Shown here piece by piece: positions 59,886-64,000 of a DNA stretch of 64,000 nt (the first letter of the stretch is position 1; each line of letters begins with the position of its first letter). Position numbers and translations under genes: made by a program. Origin of the DNA: Flectonema sp. DT1601 (Eukaryota); contig OZ025785.1 in NCBI GenBank assembly GCA_964019425.1, positions 1,550,001 to 1,614,000 of the forward strand, in the 5' to 3' direction. Under the pieces are notes generated by a model. The model was not told the origin of the DNA. It made no database searches and saw only the letters and a program-made list of their open reading frames with translations.

Positions 59886-62800
59886 ATGAGGAGGAATTTA
59901 TAGTTTTTTTTTTTAATAATACAAATTTATTTTTTAATTTTTGTATCAGTTTCCCCTTTTTTTTTGTAAATTAAAAAAAAAAAAAAAAAACTCAAAACAA
60001 GAGGGCTTTCTTGGACTCGCACGAGTCTTTCCTTATTATTATTTTTGTTTTTTTTTGTTGTTAAAAGACGACGTTCTATTTTGTGTTTTTTTTCAAAAAA
60101 AAAAAAAAAACAAAAGAAACATGAAACAGAAAATAAAATGAAAAATAAAAAAACTCAAAACCTTCACTTTGAACGAAAAACAAAATTAATGAGACAAAAA
60201 AAAAGAGTTTTCATTTCACATTAGAAATGAATTCAGCGAATGGATTCACCGAGTCTATTCACCAGCTTCACTGATGAATTATCATTGTGGGAAGCTGCGA
60301 ATCGCAAATGCGGAGAGAGCTGGTTAACTAACTGTCCTTGGCGACAAAAATACGTTTTTTTCTTTTTTCTTTTTTTTTTTTGACGTCTTTTCAACCCTTC
60401 TAATTTACTTTTTATTCTCTCCTTTTTTGCAAGATTTGTTTCTAATTTGTATTTTTTTCATTATTTTAAAAAAAAAAAAAAAACTGTGTTTTTTCGTCTC
60501 GCCGACTGCGAGCGCCATAACATTGAAAGACTGTTTGTTGTGGAGCCCGCCAAGTCTTCTACCATCTTGTTATGTATTCATCGAATTGATTTATCTTTTT
60601 ATTGTCCCGTGTCTTGCACTTTTTTAGTTTTCTCATTCTTCTTTTCATTCTTTTTTTGAAGAACCGGAAAAGCTATTATTTTATTTATTTTTACATTTTT
60701 AGCTAATATCAACGAGTTGTTGTGTGTGTTTTTTATTTTATTTTTTTTTTTTTATTAACTTTGATCCCCTACAGTTGCTTTCTTTTTTCCTTCCTTCTCT
60801 TTTTATCTACTGGTGTGTGTTAACACTCTCATTGTTGTAAACAAAAACATAAATACCAACGGGGACGTATAATGCAATATTTTTTTTTCTTCTTTCAATG
60901 ACAGCCATTCGCAAGGAGATCTACTTTTCTACAACTATCCAGAAAAGAGATGTCCGACCGTTACTCAACAGGAAACAGTTCATTTTGCGAGTCTTTTCTC
61001 TACTTGCTTTCCAATGCTTGATGGGGACTCTTTCTTTGATCTGTTTTAAAACAATGTTAACCTTTTATTATCAGTTTGTGGTGAGGAAGAGGTTCCCTTC
61101 GTCGATTCGTTTTTTTTATAAATTAAAGGCATTCCGTGTCTGGTGGGAAATTATTTAACAATCGATTCGTTTCCAGTGAGTTCGTAAGTATCAGCACTGA
61201 CTAAGGTTGTTTATTTTCTTTTTCAAGTCATTGCCACAGCTGTGTGAACCACAATATCAAATTCAAACAAGTAATTTTTTTTTATTTTTTGAAAAAAAAA
61301 ATTGTTTCGCGGAATATTAAAATAAAAATAGTTTTACTATTTTTCTTATTCATCAAATCTTTTTTAACACTCAAGAGCTTCAGTCAACTTGTGTTCTTTT
61401 GGGCTTTGTGATATTTGACTTGTAGGAATAGATTTAGATTTTGGAATTCATTTTTTTAAACAAAAAAAAAAAAAAGGGAAAAGTTTCAAAGGAACCTCCC
61501 TTTTTTTCTTTCTAAAAATAAAAAAGTGAATTTAAGAAATTAATATCGTTTGAACCTTCTTCGCTGTCTGTTTTTATAATAAAATAGTTAGCGTGAAAAA
61601 AAGTTGAAGTATCAGGCTGAGCCATTTGAAGTTCATGCAACCAAGTTTAGCAAAAGGACGTCTCCATCTTTTGTTAACACAAGCAATACGTAGTTAGGAT
61701 TGTACTCATGACTTATTACAAGGGATTAGGCGACTTTGAGTGTTGAACTTTAGGTGTTCGTGGGGCTCTTTCTCTTTTGCAAGCACATGAAATGTTTTTT
61801 TCAAAACTTTCATTTCGCGTCTGTTTGTTGTCCTCGTCCCTGTTCATTATTTCGCAGTTAAGTCCCATCCGAGAAGGATGTTCTCCAGCAGTACAAACTG
61901 AATGTCAGAATCTTATGAGAAGCTGGTAGATGACGTTAACTTCACGTTCTCACAAGTGAAGACCACTTCGATAAGAATAAATGTTTGGCTGATTAGTTTG
62001 ATCATTTCTTTGAATAATTGACTGAAAAAGTCAATTACTTTTTATCTGGAGGGTTGACAGCAACTGAAAACAGCAACATAGAGTCAGTTGGTCGTCGTCA
62101 ATCAATTTTTTTATTTTTTCTGAAATACGTAACTTCCTATTCGCTATCAGTGGCCACTTGGAGTGAATATGAAGTCGTGTGGCTTTGTTGCAATACTTAA
62201 ATAATGTTTATTTTTATTTATTATATTTTATTTTTTTTCCCCCTTTTTCCCTTTGGGTTTACCCCCCTTTCTCTGTATAGAGGAAGATGTTTCTTTTTTT
62301 TTTTTTTTTTTTTTTTTTTGTCCAACTAATAACCCCACCGAGTTTTTTTCCTTGGTTTTTTTTTTATATTAAATTATTGCAATTTCTTGTACCCCCTCAG
62401 TTGAGGCTAAGCTGTTGACTTGCTGCGTCCACAAGGGAGCAGCAACCCCAATCGGATTCCGTGATCTGTAATGTTGGATAGAAAATATCATCTCTCTCTG
62501 TTATAATATATACGTACTTACTTTACGATACTTTTTTTATTTATTTTATATTCTTATTCTATTCCCTTCTTATTTAGTTTGAAGATAAAAAAATGAAAAA
62601 GTTCGAAGTCAACACTTGTTTTTTTTTTTTTTTTTTTTGTTTCTTGTTTTTTTTTCCCCTCACGATATTCACGATGCACTGTTATAATTATTTTCAAAGG
62701 CATGGCGTGACTTTTGTATTTGAGTTGGTACCTCACGAACAGTTTTATTAGTTAGCCTCTCTTTTCAGTACGAATGCTATTTCTCACTTTTTTTTTTTCG

Positions 62801-64000
62801 TGTTGTAACTTTTGTTAAAATGTTTCTTTTTACACTTTACCTCTCCGGACAGCAGAATGGAGGGTTTTGATGAAATTCTGTTGTTCGTTGTTTCTGCAGT
62901 CAACCGGTGCTTCTCGTTGTGTGAAGTAGACAAGTTTTCCTCTCACTAATATATCGGGCTGTTAGCCCAAGTGGTATTGGCTGTGTTTCTGTTTGTACGA
63001 AAACTCTTAGCCTTTTTAGCAGTCCGACGACTACCACACTGCGATCTTCTGTTTGTCGAGCTGCTTTAATTTTTTTGTTCATTTTGGTTTGTATTTGCTC
63101 AGTTGTCTCTAATTTATTAGGGTACCGCTGGCATTCTTGCAAGGCATCAAAGCGATTATTATTTCGTGAGGTGTTTTGCTACCTTTTATACTGAATATTG
63201 CCATGTTCCTTTTTTTTTTTTTTTGGTTTTGTTTGTTTATTTTTTGTGTTGCACTTGTGCGCTGTTGTTGTGGTACCTTCACTTTTACTTTAGTCTGTCA
63301 TGTTGTAAGAACATTATTATTATTATTATTTTTTTTTTTTTTTTTAGATATTTTTTCTTTCGTTTATTTATTTCTATTTTTTTGTTGTTTCTATCCGTAG
63401 TGATCATGACGGGGTGAAATGAATTCCCTACTTCCCCACCCTCCTCCTCCTCACCATCTAACGATACGCAAAATAATATTTTATTTTATTACACGCGTCT
63501 CTGATAAGTTCAACTAAGTGTCTATTATTAACTTTCTGTAAAAACTTTTTTGATATTACTGCGGCCAACCACAGCCAAACCACTTTTAAAAAAATGCCTT
63601 TCATGGTTTTTGAGCGAGAGAAAATTATAGCAGCGAAACGTTAACGCCTTTTACTTATTTAGGCTTGTTTTGGGTTGCTCAGAGAATTATGTAGGGGTAT
63701 TGATTCTTTTTTTTTTTTTTTTTTTTTTTTTTGTTTACCTGAGACAAAGGTTTTTTCTCTTCGAAAAACCAAAAAACCTTTTTTCCACTTTCCACTTTCC
63801 CTTTTTTTTCTTTTTTTTTTTTTTTCTAAAATATTTACTGAAATTCGTTCACAAAACGCGGCTTTTTGGTATTTTTTTTATCTCATCGTGTGGTGGACCC
63901 CCTCCACGGGGGTATTGTTTTTTTTTTCATTTCTTTGTGTTGAGCCAGATACTGGAAACTAATAAAGGAATAGTTGCTTTTCATTAGCCCCTGATGGACC
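59886..64000. other. Long AT-rich non-coding region with many poly(T)/poly(A) tracts
   Basis: Only F/K-rich spurious ORFs; numerous homopolymer runs. Confidence 0.8.

Noticed and set aside
59941..63987. Poly-F/poly-K ORFs here and at 15768, 22539, 38880 and 40404-40822
   Set aside because: Translations of poly(T)/poly(A) tracts.
1..64000. tRNA, rRNA, SL RNA or snRNA genes; intact transposase or reverse transcriptase
   Set aside because: None recognised by eye; a covariance-model scan would be needed to exclude divergent small RNAs.

Overview
Eukaryotic (protist) nuclear DNA. About 23 intact protein-coding genes all lie on the + strand as one directional cluster, most preceded by a T-rich tract ending in AG just upstream of the ATG. 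Twelve short (60-96 nt) GT-AG introns can be reconstructed. This organisation suggests a euglenozoan, probably a diplonemid (inference, not proven). Genes include the 3' part of a giant (>4,800 aa) single-pass surface protein (Calx-beta-like repeats plus 45 Cys-rich repeats), PGAM5, a beta-class-like methyltransferase, an ABC1/ADCK kinase, a JmjC oxygenase, ferrochelatase, RPS23, a PLC-like protein, a SLOG-ERI1 fusion, bestrophin, a MANF/saposin-like protein, a LURP1-like protein, a 5-phosphatase-like protein, a pseudokinase, a FYVE protein, an ORC5-like protein and two cyclins. Highlights: (1) a circularly permuted JmjC domain with an intact metal triad; (2) a cpYpsA/SLOG domain fused to an ERI1 exonuclease; (3) an unusual intron grammar: A-rich ACAG 3' ends with no polypyrimidine tract, T-rich 5' halves, and all introns in the 3' half of genes; (4) a rearranged pseudogene zone at 34.6-37.2 kb with CRN/RHS-like and HAD fragments on both strands and an inverted repeat; (5) a higher-order 140-bp minisatellite. 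All homology calls come from motif recognition by eye, not database searches.
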